Of a stretch of 64,000 nt of DNA, positions 23,107 through 34,579 are shown piece by piece. How positions within the stretch are numbered: position 1 is the stretch's first letter; each line of letters begins with the position of its first letter. The notes under the pieces are model-generated. The model was not told the origin of the DNA. It saw only the letters and a program-made list of their open reading frames with translations, and ran no database searches. Made by a program: the position numbers and the translations under genes. This DNA is from Amphiscolops sp. MND2022 (Eukaryota), in assembly GCA_964187785.1 (NCBI GenBank), contig OZ076409.1, positions 95,048,001 to 95,112,000 on the forward strand, read 5' to 3'.

Positions 23107-23594
23107 ATGGACACTTGGGCTCTTCAAAAACTGGCACTCAAATGTAGTCATTTCATAGAAACATTTCGGGGAGTTTGGAGTGCAGACAACTTTCCTCTGA
23201 TGAAAGAGGACGATGCATCACCGTCATTTCAAATTGTCAACACTGAAGCTAGCAACAAACCCGGAAAACACTGGATTCTATTATGCAAAAGAACTAAATC
23301 AGGTATAGGTGCTATCATATTTTGGGATAGCTTGGGAAAAAGGCCGAGAAAATACAAGGTATTGTTCGAACGATTGAATGAAATTTATAAAAAATTGTAT
23401 TCAACCATCCTCTTCAGAGCAACTATTCAAATTGCTGTGGTTTGTATTGTATACTTGTTGCACATTATTTACCATTATCGGAAAATAACAAAGCAGCTGC
23501 ACAAATGCTCCCAAAGAAGATGGTTGATGAGTGTTCATTAATTCGTTTTATAAATTACCATTATAATACTGCTTTCACATTTGTAGTCATTTGA
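23107..23594 (+). pseudogene. Adenain-family cysteine protease; frameshift in the A-run near 23390
   Basis: FRGVWSAD, IVNT...PGKHW (His) and FWDSLG (Asp); LQSNYSNCCGLYC (Gln/Cys) lies in the shifted frame ending TGA 23594. Confidence 0.9.
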
Positions 23595-23608
23595 TTAATT
23601 GATCATTA

Positions 23609-24033
23609 TTACCCACAATCACTTTCTTCGGCTTCACTAAGTATGAAGGGAGACTTTCGTTTTGGTTCTCTGTCATCATCATCATCTCCACAGTAGTCAG
23701 ACAGTTCATCGAAATTGACAATGTTTGAAGAATGCTCATCAGCATCGTCATCATAGGGTCGAGACGAGAAACCAGGATCAATAGGACCTGATAAGGAAAG
23801 AAAATAAAGTACTCGGTGCTTTAGTTGACAGAAATTCGAATACTTAGAGTGATATACATACTGAAGATGGAGGAGGCCAACGAGAGCAGAGGCGTCGTCA
23901 CTTTGAGGAAAAACAGACGACGAAGCCCCATCATCATCATTATCATCATCATCATCATCATCATCATCTAACTCAGTGTCATCTTCGGCGGATGAGGATG
24001 AGACTGAAGAGGAGCGGGTTGAGTCAGAGAAGT
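23609..24033 (-). CDS. Putative spliced acidic C-terminal exons of pPolB (24033-23862 and 23787-23609)
   Basis: 73 nt and 74 nt AT-rich GT-AG segments flank Asp/Ser-rich coding-like blocks. The first junction is in frame; the second needs a 1 nt indel. Confidence 0.4.
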
Positions 24034-24071
24034 CTGAAAAAAAGAACGAATAAAATTAACCAATCACACCT

Positions 24072-27000
24072 TTATGCATAAGATTGAAAATAGGTGAAAG
24101 TATTACTTGACTGTTTAAGTGAATGATGTCCGTAGGCCAAAGATTTAACACCACAATCCAAGAGAAATCGTTTATCATCAAAGGCGCTTAGGGCAGTTTT
24201 GTTCACTTGAGCCACGACTAGTTGATGTTGCTGCGATCGAATTTGGGTGTTGACCCTGCAAATGTTCACTATCGATTCTATAATGCTGGTGAACAGATCG
24301 TGATTCAACGTTTTTTTCACGCATTTTTGAACTCCTTTGGCACTCTGCTTTACGCCACTGTCAAATTTTATACTGTAGAGTTTAGATCTCAAGCAAGTAC
24401 ATTCCAGTAGAATTTGACCATTCAATTCGTCCTTCATGGTTAGCGGCTTCTTCTTGTTAGTTGCGTCGTACAATTTATGATTCTGAGGGTAGTCAGACAA
24501 ATCCAAGAGATTTTTGAAAGATTCCATGTCTGAGTATAGATCATCTGTTTCGATTCGATATAAAAGAGAATCAGTATCCTTGTAGACGACAGTTACTTTT
24601 TCTCCATAACGTGGCTTCATTTCGTTATAGTGGAAATTATACAGCACAATTTTCGATAAGTCCAAAATGGCGGCTCCAACAGGCGTTGGTTTATTCCAGA
24701 AAATTGAGGTTTTCGAAAAATTCAGTGAAACTAGATTGCTGTGGATTATTTGAAAAGTCAAAAAATTGGGCTTCAGGGTGTAACGTTTGGCCTCGGTAGT
24801 ATTCGCAACAAACTTAGTATCCCTTCTATGACGTAGATTCTCCATCGTTTTGCCGAAACAGGCATTAGAAAGGAGCTTGAAAAAATTCTTCTCGAAATCT
24901 GTTGTCGCATTTTTTCGCATTTGGGTGTTTTTGGATATGTAGTTTCCAAGCCAGCAGCTTTGATCGAACTGCAGAACACGATGGAGTTTCTAGTTTCTTG
25001 ACCTTGAGACCTTGCTCCAAATAAAATTTAAGGTTTCTAAAGTGGCATATATAAAACTGTTTATCAAATAGCGTTTCAATAAGCATGGCCACTGGTGAAA
25101 CTGGAAGATTGAAGGAATTGGCGTAATCCGACAGCCATTCCTTCTTGATTGCGAGTTTTTCCGGAGCAAGAGGTAGGTGTTGTGAGATGCATGCAAATGT
25201 GCTGGATATTCCAGGTCCACCCCAACGAAAAAACCAACGGGCCCGAAAGAGTCAGTTTGTAGGATATCCTCTAAAGTCAAATCTTCTCTCCATTTGTAGT
25301 TGCCGACAGGAAGAGGTTGCTGCATTGTTCCAGCATATAATGAAGTGACATCAAAAAATGCTCCAAACACTGAAGGCTGGGAGGGATCGAAATCTTGCAT
25401 GTATTGATTGTTAGCTTTGAAGTGTCGCAGGGCGCCGGTTCCATTGATACCGCCGCGAATAGCCCGCTCACAAAACAGTAACATATCAATATCCGTCAAA
25501 ACTCCAAGCTCAACTTTGGTGGTGATCAGCATCGCTTCCCAGCTCAAGTTGGGAGCTGAAAAAAAAGAGCAGGATCTAGTTGATACTCTTTCACACCCAC
25601 GTCACGGAAAGCCTGAAAGATGTCTGCGAGAAGATACACATCAAGGGTTAAATATAGGTCATGATAATCGCCAAAGTCTTTGCACTGCATCAAATTGAAC
25701 ATGTCCTTTGCTGTTTGGTACTGATCCTCGGTTATATCAATTTTACCAGTAAGACTATTTCTCCAAGCATCACCGTATGCTGGAAAAGGATCCGAAAACC
25801 TTTCGAAGCTGTTCAAGAAACTGTAGGGAAAATACCCTTTACCGCGAACTTTTCGAAAGTCAGCATCGTTCAGATGCGAAAATTTCCTCCTTAAAAGTAT
25901 GAGCGATGAAGACTCCATTGTTCTGGCCAAGCTGTCGAGAGATTGGGACATGAATTGAAAACTGTCTAAGAAGCGAATTTCACTGTAAAGCGCAACAACT
26001 TTACCGTCCTTGCGTTTGTATTCAGAGACTTTGATGCGAAGGCTAAAAGAGATATAAATTTCGTCAGTACGCGAGATGGCTGAAAATTTTTCACCAGGGA
26101 GAACATTGATATTTTTCAAAATGTGGTGGGAATCATACCTGGAGAGATTGTGAAAGAACACAGGCAAGAAACGCTTGATCTGAGCTTTCAAATTACACAT
26201 GGAATGAGCAATCCCAAAAATCATGCCCGATGAGTGGCAGTGATGAATCACCGGTCATCTTGTATGACGCTTTTGCAAATACAACACTTTTCACCTCTAG
26301 TTGAGGCCAGGAATTGCTCTTGTTGAGTTTTAGTGAGCACATCACTTAGAAATCTGTACCTTTTTCTCTCTGAGTCACACCAGGCATTCCACTTGCGAAG
26401 GCAGTTCATCAACTTTTCGATGCAATCTTCTCCGCGGTAAAAAGATTCATCGACAACTTTGTTGCTTTGAGAATCAACCAAAACAGCTCCATAGCTCGCA
26501 GGTAGCTGTTTCTCAATCAGAACAGTTTTGCTGCCGCTCTGAATAAACATCGGAACATTGAGAGCTTCTAAATCTGCATAAACGACAAAAGGACACTTCT
26601 GAGTTTTTTCCCAGTTTGAGAAAGTCAGTTTCAGATGCTCACTGGGCATCACAATCCTCAAAGGTTGATTGTCATCACAAAGTCGAGCACGTTCCATGAA
26701 TTTTTGCTTCCCAATAGACTGCATGCAGTTCACGCAAAACTTCGTTTTGGGACCCTTGGCAGCTCGTTTTGGAGATCTGCATACTTTGTGCATGAAAGCT
26801 TGAAAATTAGTTATCAGACAATAGTGCGAATTGAAGCCATCCAAAAGTAAAAGCAAAAAAATCTTTGGATATTTCCCTCTGTTTCTACTTCGATGACAAC
26901 AGATGAGTCCTCCCTGCTCATCGAAATTAAACACTGTTATGGAGAGTTTATTATCGCTTTCAAATCTTGCGATATCCTTAAGTTTCATAGGCATCATTGA

Positions 27001-27897
27001 CTCGCTGAATTTGAGACGATTAAATTTGTCACGGTATTGAGAAGGCCTTTCGCGATTTTTGGACCGAGGATAAAGGTACGCGAGAATACAATATTAGAAG
27101 CAGAAATTGTCAAACAAGTTTTTGATATTGAGCAGACATTTACGCATGCCCTCAAGTTTTGCTGGGGTTGGCAGAAAAGAAGTTCCAGCAAGTGATCTTG
27201 TATGACAAATTTTGATATCTAAAGATGAAAGCTGTTTAAGAATCCAACCTGAACCACCGGAGCAGAAGACGTTGAGTTGTCTCAAAACTTGGTCAATCAA
27301 CTCATCAAGGTCTGCGTTGTCGATCGACTCAACAGCTCGCACCAAACGTGATGAGAAGTGGGGAGATATAGTTTCTTCGGTACATGGTTTTGATAATACA
27401 ACTTGCAAACACAGACCAACGCGGGATATTCCTTGGTTGGTTATTTCCTGGTCAATCAAAAGTCCGATATTGGCTCGATTACTCCATATAAAGGCCAATG
27501 GATCAACACTTTCAGTTTGAACATCTAGTCGCAAAATTTTGAAGTGAGAATTCAAGGCTAACACTGTTTTAGAAACCTGCGAAATCGAGGCCCAATTGAC
27601 TTCTGTTGTAGTTGTCATTGTGGACGAAGATACAACAGGGTGCTCCCTGCTCTTGTGCGCGCGGAGATAGGACTCGTTTCCAAAAATTTTTGGGCAAGCA
27701 TTACATTGAATGCTTTTATTGAATTTGTGAATATTCCTCAGATGGCGGATCAAATTCTTCGAAGAAGTACATGTTACTTCACAATGTCCACAACTGAAAG
27801 ACCATAGTGAGGGCTCTTTTTTGTGAACAGCTCTGATATGTTTGAAAAAAAGTCGTTTGGTTTGGAAGTTGTCTCGGCAGTCTGGGCAAGGAAACAT
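24072..27897 (-). pseudogene. polB: Protein-primed family B DNA polymerase (pPolB) with N-terminal C2H2 fingers, multiply frameshifted
   Basis: ExoI YADLEA, ExoII HNLSRYDSH, ExoIII YLTLDVYLLADIF, motif A FDVTSLY, motif B KLLSNACFGK, motif C YKDTDS. Endonuclease VII-like insert CCIC...HHCHSSG...AHSMCNL. Split across about seven ORF fragments. Confidence 0.95.
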
Positions 27898-28621
27898 TCT
27901 GGCAGTGGGTCAAACAAAAACTGAACGTTATATGATGGGTGAAAATTTGAAAAAAAATTCTATAAACCAAAAAAGAACAAAAGAAGTACTTTTCGAAACA
28001 TGCCAGATCAAATTTAATTTTCACCCATCATTAGAGTAGATGTTAGAGAAGTAGGTTATTCAAATGCATGTCTATCATTCAGTAGCTAAACTTTAAAGGA
28101 TTCTCCGTTGTGTTAATTATATACCAAGAAGAATACTTAGGTTCACCAAAGTTGAACGAAAGTCGAGTTATTAAGGTTCATCGACAAATATAGACGACTG
28201 AGAAGAAAATTTGAAGTCCAACATTATCGAAATCAACTTCAATTGACATTGCATAATTAATTACTTCTAGGCAGACTCGTAAATGACCAGATTCTCAGTT
28301 ATGTTTATTCGATAGAGAAAAGATCGTTTAGGTTCATTATTAAAGTTGAGCTGAAGTCAGCTTATCAGGGTTCATTAGCTTATTTGGACAATGTGTGAAA
28401 CAGTTTTGACATTATCAAAATGAACTCGGAAAAACTTCGGGCCCTTTGAAAAACAAAGGTGTCAAAAAATTTGAAAAGTGACAAAAGATGAGATAAAAGT
28501 CGGCTGGAAAGGAGTATAGAAGGTGCACACTTAGAATATATCTTGATTGAAGTTCCTGTTGAAAAACGCTCAAAATTGGTTTTTAAAACTCTGCATCGTT
28601 GAAATTTCCAAATCATCAACC

Positions 28622-29620
28622 ATGAACAACTCATTCTTTTCAATATTGATTCATGAATCAAGAGAGGTCACGGTTCGCGAAACACGAAAACCCGGACAAG
28701 AGAGCAGCATCGAAATAAAGGTCCTCAAGAAGCGAGTTGACGAATTTGGCGAAGCTGGCGGGGTGATCGGCACCGAGGCTTCCTTCCCTGAGAAGGCCTT
28801 CACCAAACTGATGAGAATCAACTGGACAATAATTTTCTTCGGGATGCTGGGCAACGGTGAATTGCCTCAGGAGATGCTGGTGCCGACCCCCGCCGACGAG
28901 GACGCAGGGCTCCGTATGGAATCGCGTTTCACGTCAACAATTTTCTCTGAAGTCGGTAAGCATGAACATATTAAATAGGATTACTGTTGGTCAAAGAGAG
29001 AGGGACTCAGGCAAATTAGTCTTGAATCGAGCTTGAAAGATCACTAACATATTCAGTGCAACCCTTTTCTTTGGGCGCTTGTGCCTCACAAGACGATGAA
29101 TTTATCAAGATGACTTAGGTTGTATTGAAGTGCTTTGTTTCAATTCGATAACACTGTTCTCATTTCATGTTTAGGAGAGAAGACAGCATTCAGGGCGTCA
29201 GTGAACTTATACAACTCTAACATACATACAAAGAAGAGTGTGTATGTTACAATGAAGGCCTTCCGTTGGGAGCCCGAATGGTCACAATTCAATCGAGTTG
29301 GGCAAGTAATTACGCTGCATCATTGTGAGATGATGCGGCTGATTACGGAATATAACGCCTATCTGAATAGAATTGTCGCTCCTTCTGGTAAGCCAACGGG
29401 AGAGAGCACTTGCGAGGAGGAAGACCGACCCTTGTCACTACTGAAAGCTGGGACGTCAAAGCGCACTAAAAAGACAGGATCTTCCTCCTCGCAAGTGCAA
29501 AAGAAAATACCAAAAAAGACGGCCCTTGCGGAAGGGACTTCAACGACGCCCGCAGTTGATGCCCCAAAGGAGACCACTAGCGAAGAAATCACTATCGAAG
29601 ATAGTGAGGATGAAAACTAA
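28622..29620 (+). CDS. Two-exon Polinton gene (28622-28955, 29175-29620; 259 aa), putative tandem PC4-like ssDNA-binding protein
   Basis: Donor G|gtaagc and acceptor tttag|GA join in frame as GGA. Two similar beta-beta-beta-helix-like blocks and a K/T-rich, acidic tail. The PC4 call is by eye. Confidence 0.6.
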
Positions 29621-30385
29621 TTGTATAGATACAATTGATTTGTATTATTTTATTCAGTACCTAATTGTATATTGTTATATTACCTCAAAGTTTTGCTGCT
29701 AGTTAGCAAATGACGCATCAAGTTTGAAAAATACATCAAGTATTTCGAGTAAAAACAGTGAAAAAAGAAAGTCATCATGAGAGCGGGTTTTCAAAGTGAC
29801 TGCGATCAGATTCGATCCGCGTTCAAAATACTTTTCAAATTTTCAAATTGATCTAAAGATGAAAATTGAAGTACGGAAATGTCCGAAAGTAGAAATTCAT
29901 TTTAATTCCAAAATTGATTTGAGCAAAACCCCTTGCTCCAATGCTTACTAAACGCGCCGTGCCGGCGCGCTGTTCCTTGCGGCCCAGTATTACGACTTAC
30001 ATGAATTCCATCGTGGTCTACACCACTAGGCTACAGGCGCACTGATTTAGAATGAAATTGGAAGACAGTAATAAGCAGCGAGAAGAATTGATAAAAGCGA
30101 TGAAAGCAGTATTGGGAATGAGAAACATCAAATAGAATTAAATTGAGAATACAGCTATTCGGTGTGGTGGCCGTTCAAACTTGGATGACATTGAATAACT
30201 CTAGGGTTGAATTGAAACAGCATTGCAATTCAATCATTCCAAAACACATAGCATTGAATAAAATCAAACATTGGAAAGAATGATTAGCAGTAACACTTAC
30301 ATCGATAGTTCGAGTTTGTATAAATCGAATAAGTTCAAGGTTAAACAGAAATTTGCGAAAAATGCAGAATTTTGTGGAAAAACAA

Positions 30386-30432
30386 TAGGGAGAAACGAAA
30401 GTGTGCGAATACCCCTACCAACGTATACTACT
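30386..30432 (-). repeat. Polinton right TIR (47 bp)
   Basis: Exact reverse complement of 15077-15123. Confidence 0.97.
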
Positions 30433-30438
30433 AACGTG

Positions 30439-33400
30439 GAACAAAAGCGCTTCATTGAGAACGCATATACTCAAGGATAAAACTCATAAAATCAGAATAT
30501 TACTAAAAAACATTCGAGCAACTATTCCGGCAAGGTACAAACCAAAAACCCGAAGAGAGCGTAATTCGAATAAAAATTCGAAAGAAAAAGAAAAATTCCT
30601 CTCAGATCATTTGTCTAGCAACATATTGGTGAAGTCTCCTATCGATCAATTATGTGAATAAGAAGTGCACAGTGAATACACAACTTGGTGCCTGTCACTA
30701 ACTTGATTGGTATTGCTGTGCAGAGTCGAGTTATGTAGGATCGAAAAGTTTTCAAAGTTATCCACTTTCGAATTATGATTTGGTTTTATCCGGGATCGAA
30801 AGAGACGAAGATTTCATTAATATTGCACCATACCTTTAGTACCCTAAATGCAGTAGCAAGGCGAAGCGGAGCGACGTGCCAGTTTCTTCTAAGCCACAAT
30901 GTAGAAAACGATTTTTTTTTGGGTCGATATACTTGGTTTTGTTGAGTTGCATCCTTCGGCTGTGACGTCTTTACTAGACTTTATTTCAAGACTGGAAGAA
31001 GACAAGTTTCAATGCTATAACTTTCTCACTAGCTCACAGTACTTTCTAACAAATTTCCATAACGATGCCATGCCTCGCAGCATGTTAGTATATCAGAATC
31101 CATTATTGTCTTAAACCGTTGCAGAAGTTGTTTCCAGTAACATCTTGCCCAACAACCCGCCACGCTTCCTGATTCCGTTGCTTATAACACTAGGTCAGTT
31201 TGAGACGGAATTGGATCTCTTCAACTGCGCTTCTCTCGCTTGCCTTCAAAAATGCTAGAATTTTACCTGATAGTCCTGACGAAACTCACCTCAAGCAACT
31301 TATGAAGTCATATAATCTTCAACAATTGATGTTTCTGCCTGGAGGATCTGATGTTTTCGATCGACATTGCGAACAAGCTTGGATAATATTAAATCGTTTC
31401 TTTCTTGAAAATTCTTTTACCAACGACCGCCCCCGGTTCTATTACAACAAATAGTATTTCAAAATGATAAGATAGGATCCGAGTTGTTAAAACGAACGAA
31501 TACCTTGACAAACGCTGTTTATTCGAATAGCCAGTTCCAACTTATTCCCTCCTTCAGCACTTTTTGAGTGCAAGTCGATCGCAGCCTTTGAACTGGGTAC
31601 CTTGCCTTAGCCGGTCAAATCAAACTGATTCGTCTTACATTAAACAAACAGAAATTTTTGACTCCATAAAAATGCTATCGATGCGTATGAAGGAAAAAAC
31701 AACTTTCATTACCATCACGTTATCGTCGGTCCCCCGGGAACTGGTAAAACTTTTCTATTGCTCTATTCAGCCCTTTATGCAACATCTAAAGGATTCTATT
31801 GCACTTTAACTTCATTGTCTGCAGAGACAGCTTCCCTTTTTGGCGGTCTACACATCCATTCTAATGCCGGTTATCAACAAACGAAAACCATTCAGTCGGA
31901 GATCTTGCTAGTTTTGGAATTACCAAACTGTCTGGAGACCCCATTTCTTCGGCCTTCATTCAAAAATTGGACGTTATTTTGTCGAAGAGCTGGGATGATA
32001 TCTGCAGAGCATTTTTCAGTTGTAGATTTGATTTACCAGCACATACGAGGTCGTCGATTGCCATTTGGTGCTTCTAATTGGAACAGGTGACCCGAAACAG
32101 TTGAAATCACCCAGTGGATCTCGTCTTTGGATGAGTCCATTAAATTTGACAACTTTTAGGCTTTATGCACTCACTGAATTTGTTAGAACGGACAAAAGTG
32201 GTGACGGACAGAAGGTACTAAGGTTGATGAGTGAAGCTCAACGTACTGAACAGGCTGCAAATGAGATTGCGCAAGGGCTACCGGAGTCCTGCAATTTTGT
32301 TGATGACTGGAATTTGTAATTGCTTGTCGTCCTGGTTTTATTCCAGTTTTCGGCACCGGTGCAGCGAAACGTGAGGCTGTGAAAATGGTTTTTACAAAAT
32401 TGAAAAGAATCACACGATTGAAAAATATCACTCTGTCATGCGATCAATACACTACCACTGGCACCACCAATTGGAAAAAGGGAACCCCGAACACAACCAA
32501 ACTTTGGAATTATAGAGCTTTGGAACCTCATTCACTCACCTACTACGCATATGCGCCTCTCCGACATACTACAAATAATTTGAGTGAAAGTTATTCGCAA
32601 GGTCAGCTTTGTCCCGTCAAAAAAATTCCCTCTGCTACAAATCAATCTCTGGAAATTCATTTGTCGTCACCTTTCGGTTGTCGGGACTTTCCAACTTATC
32701 CTGAGACCTTTGATTTCCCCGGTAAATCATGGTAAGTGATTACACTCCGCCCCATTGAGGGTCATGATGACTGTGTGATAGGAATGTCTCTGCGGAGGGT
32801 GCAGTACCCTGTGAAACATTTTTTCGCTGCAACATCACATAAAACTATGGGCGAAACTCTTCCAGGAGTTATCACCAAAATTTCAACGATAGGAAGTAAA
32901 TACGCACTCTGGGAAAAGGAACAAACTTAGGTTTTGTTGAGTCAAGTGAAACATCTGAGCCATGTAACGTTTGTGAGAGTGAAAGAGGAAACACTGAATG
33001 CCATCAAATTCATTTCACAAAATAAATAACAATGGAGTACGTACGTAGATCTTTTTTTTCCAGCAAACAAGCCTGACTTTGCTCAAGTATTTAACCTGAA
33101 CGAAACACAGTTTCGTCCTTTCAACATTGAAATTCCGCGTCATCCTGCTGGCTACGTCTATATGTTAGTGAGTGGATAAGTTCCAAATTGTGTTTATATT
33201 GGAGAAACGATTATTCTACGGAGGAGGTTGAGAGAGCATAACAGCGGGTTAGGTGCTTCGTTCACTAATGTTCCTGAGACGCCCATGGGCTGTGTTTTGT
33301 TTGGTGACTGGTTTCAATGACGAAGACGAGCGTAAAGACTGTGAACGTTATTGGCATAATCAAATGGCCTACAGCTTCCGAAGGAGACGCGTGGCACCTT

Positions 33401-33531
33401 CAACATTTGATTGTTACCAAGTTGGTCCGAAAATTCAAGAACAATTAGCTAATTATAACAAAGAACTGAAAATGGATGTTTGCGGCCGTTTAATAAATGA
33501 GGTCACAGAACTAGTTTATTATACAGTTTAA
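30439..33531 (+). pseudogene. Pif1-family (SF1B) helicase fused to a C-terminal GIY-YIG (SLX1-like) endonuclease
   Basis: GPPGTGKT (31728-31751), VEELGMIS, PF(G)..LLIGTGDPKQL, QYPVKHFFAATSHKTMGETL, Q.*VLLSQV, then in the same frame GYVYMLVS...VYIGET...RRLREHNSG and, after a frameshift, RPW. Several stops and frameshifts. Confidence 0.85.
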
Positions 33532-33829
33532 CTGCCACTTATGGTATTATTTGAGGCAACATCCTGGGTGTTTGTTTCACCTCGATTGTCGTTCACAGTA
33601 TGAATTAGGAGACTTAACCACTATGGCATTAGCTTCAGAATGCGTCATTGTCAACTTTCTTTATCTTCAAACAAAATAACCGTTCAGTCCTTTTTTGGTT
33701 ACAATATCCTGGGTGTTTTTTTCATTCAGGTTCATTCTGGCTATTAATAATGATCTCATCTGTTACATCTCGTGCTATTCACTTTATTTTAGTTTGTTTA
33801 CTGATCATCTCTTATGTTGCTCATTGACT

Positions 33830-34004
33830 GATTTCATCTGACAACAAGGAAATCCTGGGCGTTATTTCGCTCGGATTGTATCGTAAACTGATTCCATCTG
33901 GCAACAATAATATCCTGGGCGTTATGTTCGCTCGGATTGTATTATAAATTGATTCCATCTGGCAACAAGAAAATCCTGGGCGTTACTTTCGCTCGGATTG
34001 TATC
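33830..34004 (+). repeat. Minisatellite, about 60 bp unit x3
   Basis: Unit atctg(g)caacaa...atcctgggcgtta.ttcgctcggattgtat; degenerate cores near 33555 and 33700. Confidence 0.85.
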
Positions 34005-34374
34005 ACTTTCCCAGAATGCATGTCGTTCTTTTTTTGGATTACATTATAAATACTTTATGAATTGTGGAAACTTGTGGCCTTGATATAATGTTGAAGTAAA
34101 GTGCAATTCAACTGGCTTGGTTAATTCAACTTATCTTGCCAGTTTTTTGCGACTTGCTTTTCAAAAAATGTAGTCTGTTATTGAAGGTTTCAATGTAATG
34201 ATTTTCTGAATTTCCAGTTTAATTTCTTTAATGAGACTTAAAACATTCGTCATAGTTGCACATTTCTTAGTACTTAGCTTTTTTGATTTTTTACGGTCAT
34301 TCTCAACCCGGTTAACAAGATGTTTATTCTTTCACATGGATCAACTGTATCCATATTTGGTTTTTCTTTATAAC

Positions 34375-34579
34375 TGTTGTATTCTATGAACTAGACTTGT
34401 AATATAAGAGTTTGTAAGAAACAATGTTTTCTCTAGCACAAAGTTTAGTGTAATGAAAGTTGAATAATCTAGAGAATTATATAGTTGTTAGTAAACAACA
34501 ATAACAAAGATAACTAAAAATAGCAACGGATTGTTTGTCAACAGTTAATCTAAATTTGTCTGTTGTTCATTATTCTTCA
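34375..34579 (-). repeat. 3' LTR (205 bp), preceded by PPT agagggggaaa (34580-34590)
   Basis: Identical by eye to 40712-40916. Confidence 0.96.

Larger units (their letters stand above)
15077..30432. mobile_element. Complete Polinton/Maverick (adintovirus-like endogenous dsDNA virus), 15,356 bp, decaying
   Basis: Perfect 47 bp TIRs beginning AGTAGT, 6 bp TSD AACGTG (15071-15076, 30433-30438), and pPolB, RVE integrase, A32/FtsK ATPase, adenain protease, major and minor capsid genes. Confidence 0.97.
14746..32492 (+). repeat. Tandem unit 3, split by the Polinton (14746-15076 plus 30439-32492)
   Basis: gaatgaacgtg|gaacaaaagcgc is contiguous in units 1 and 2 and interrupted here. The sequence continues into the helicase C-terminus after 32492. 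Confidence 0.92.

Noticed and set aside
15696..23594. Prokaryotic operon or phage contamination
   Set aside because: Flanked by TIRs and a TSD inside a eukaryotic intron, with Polinton-type gene content.
23587..23781. Met-rich 64 aa ORF
   Set aside because: Alternative-frame reading of GAT repeats; the acidic frame is more protein-like.
33830..34004. CRISPR-like repeat array
   Set aside because: Units are similar along their whole length with no unique spacers, there are no cas genes, and the context is eukaryotic.
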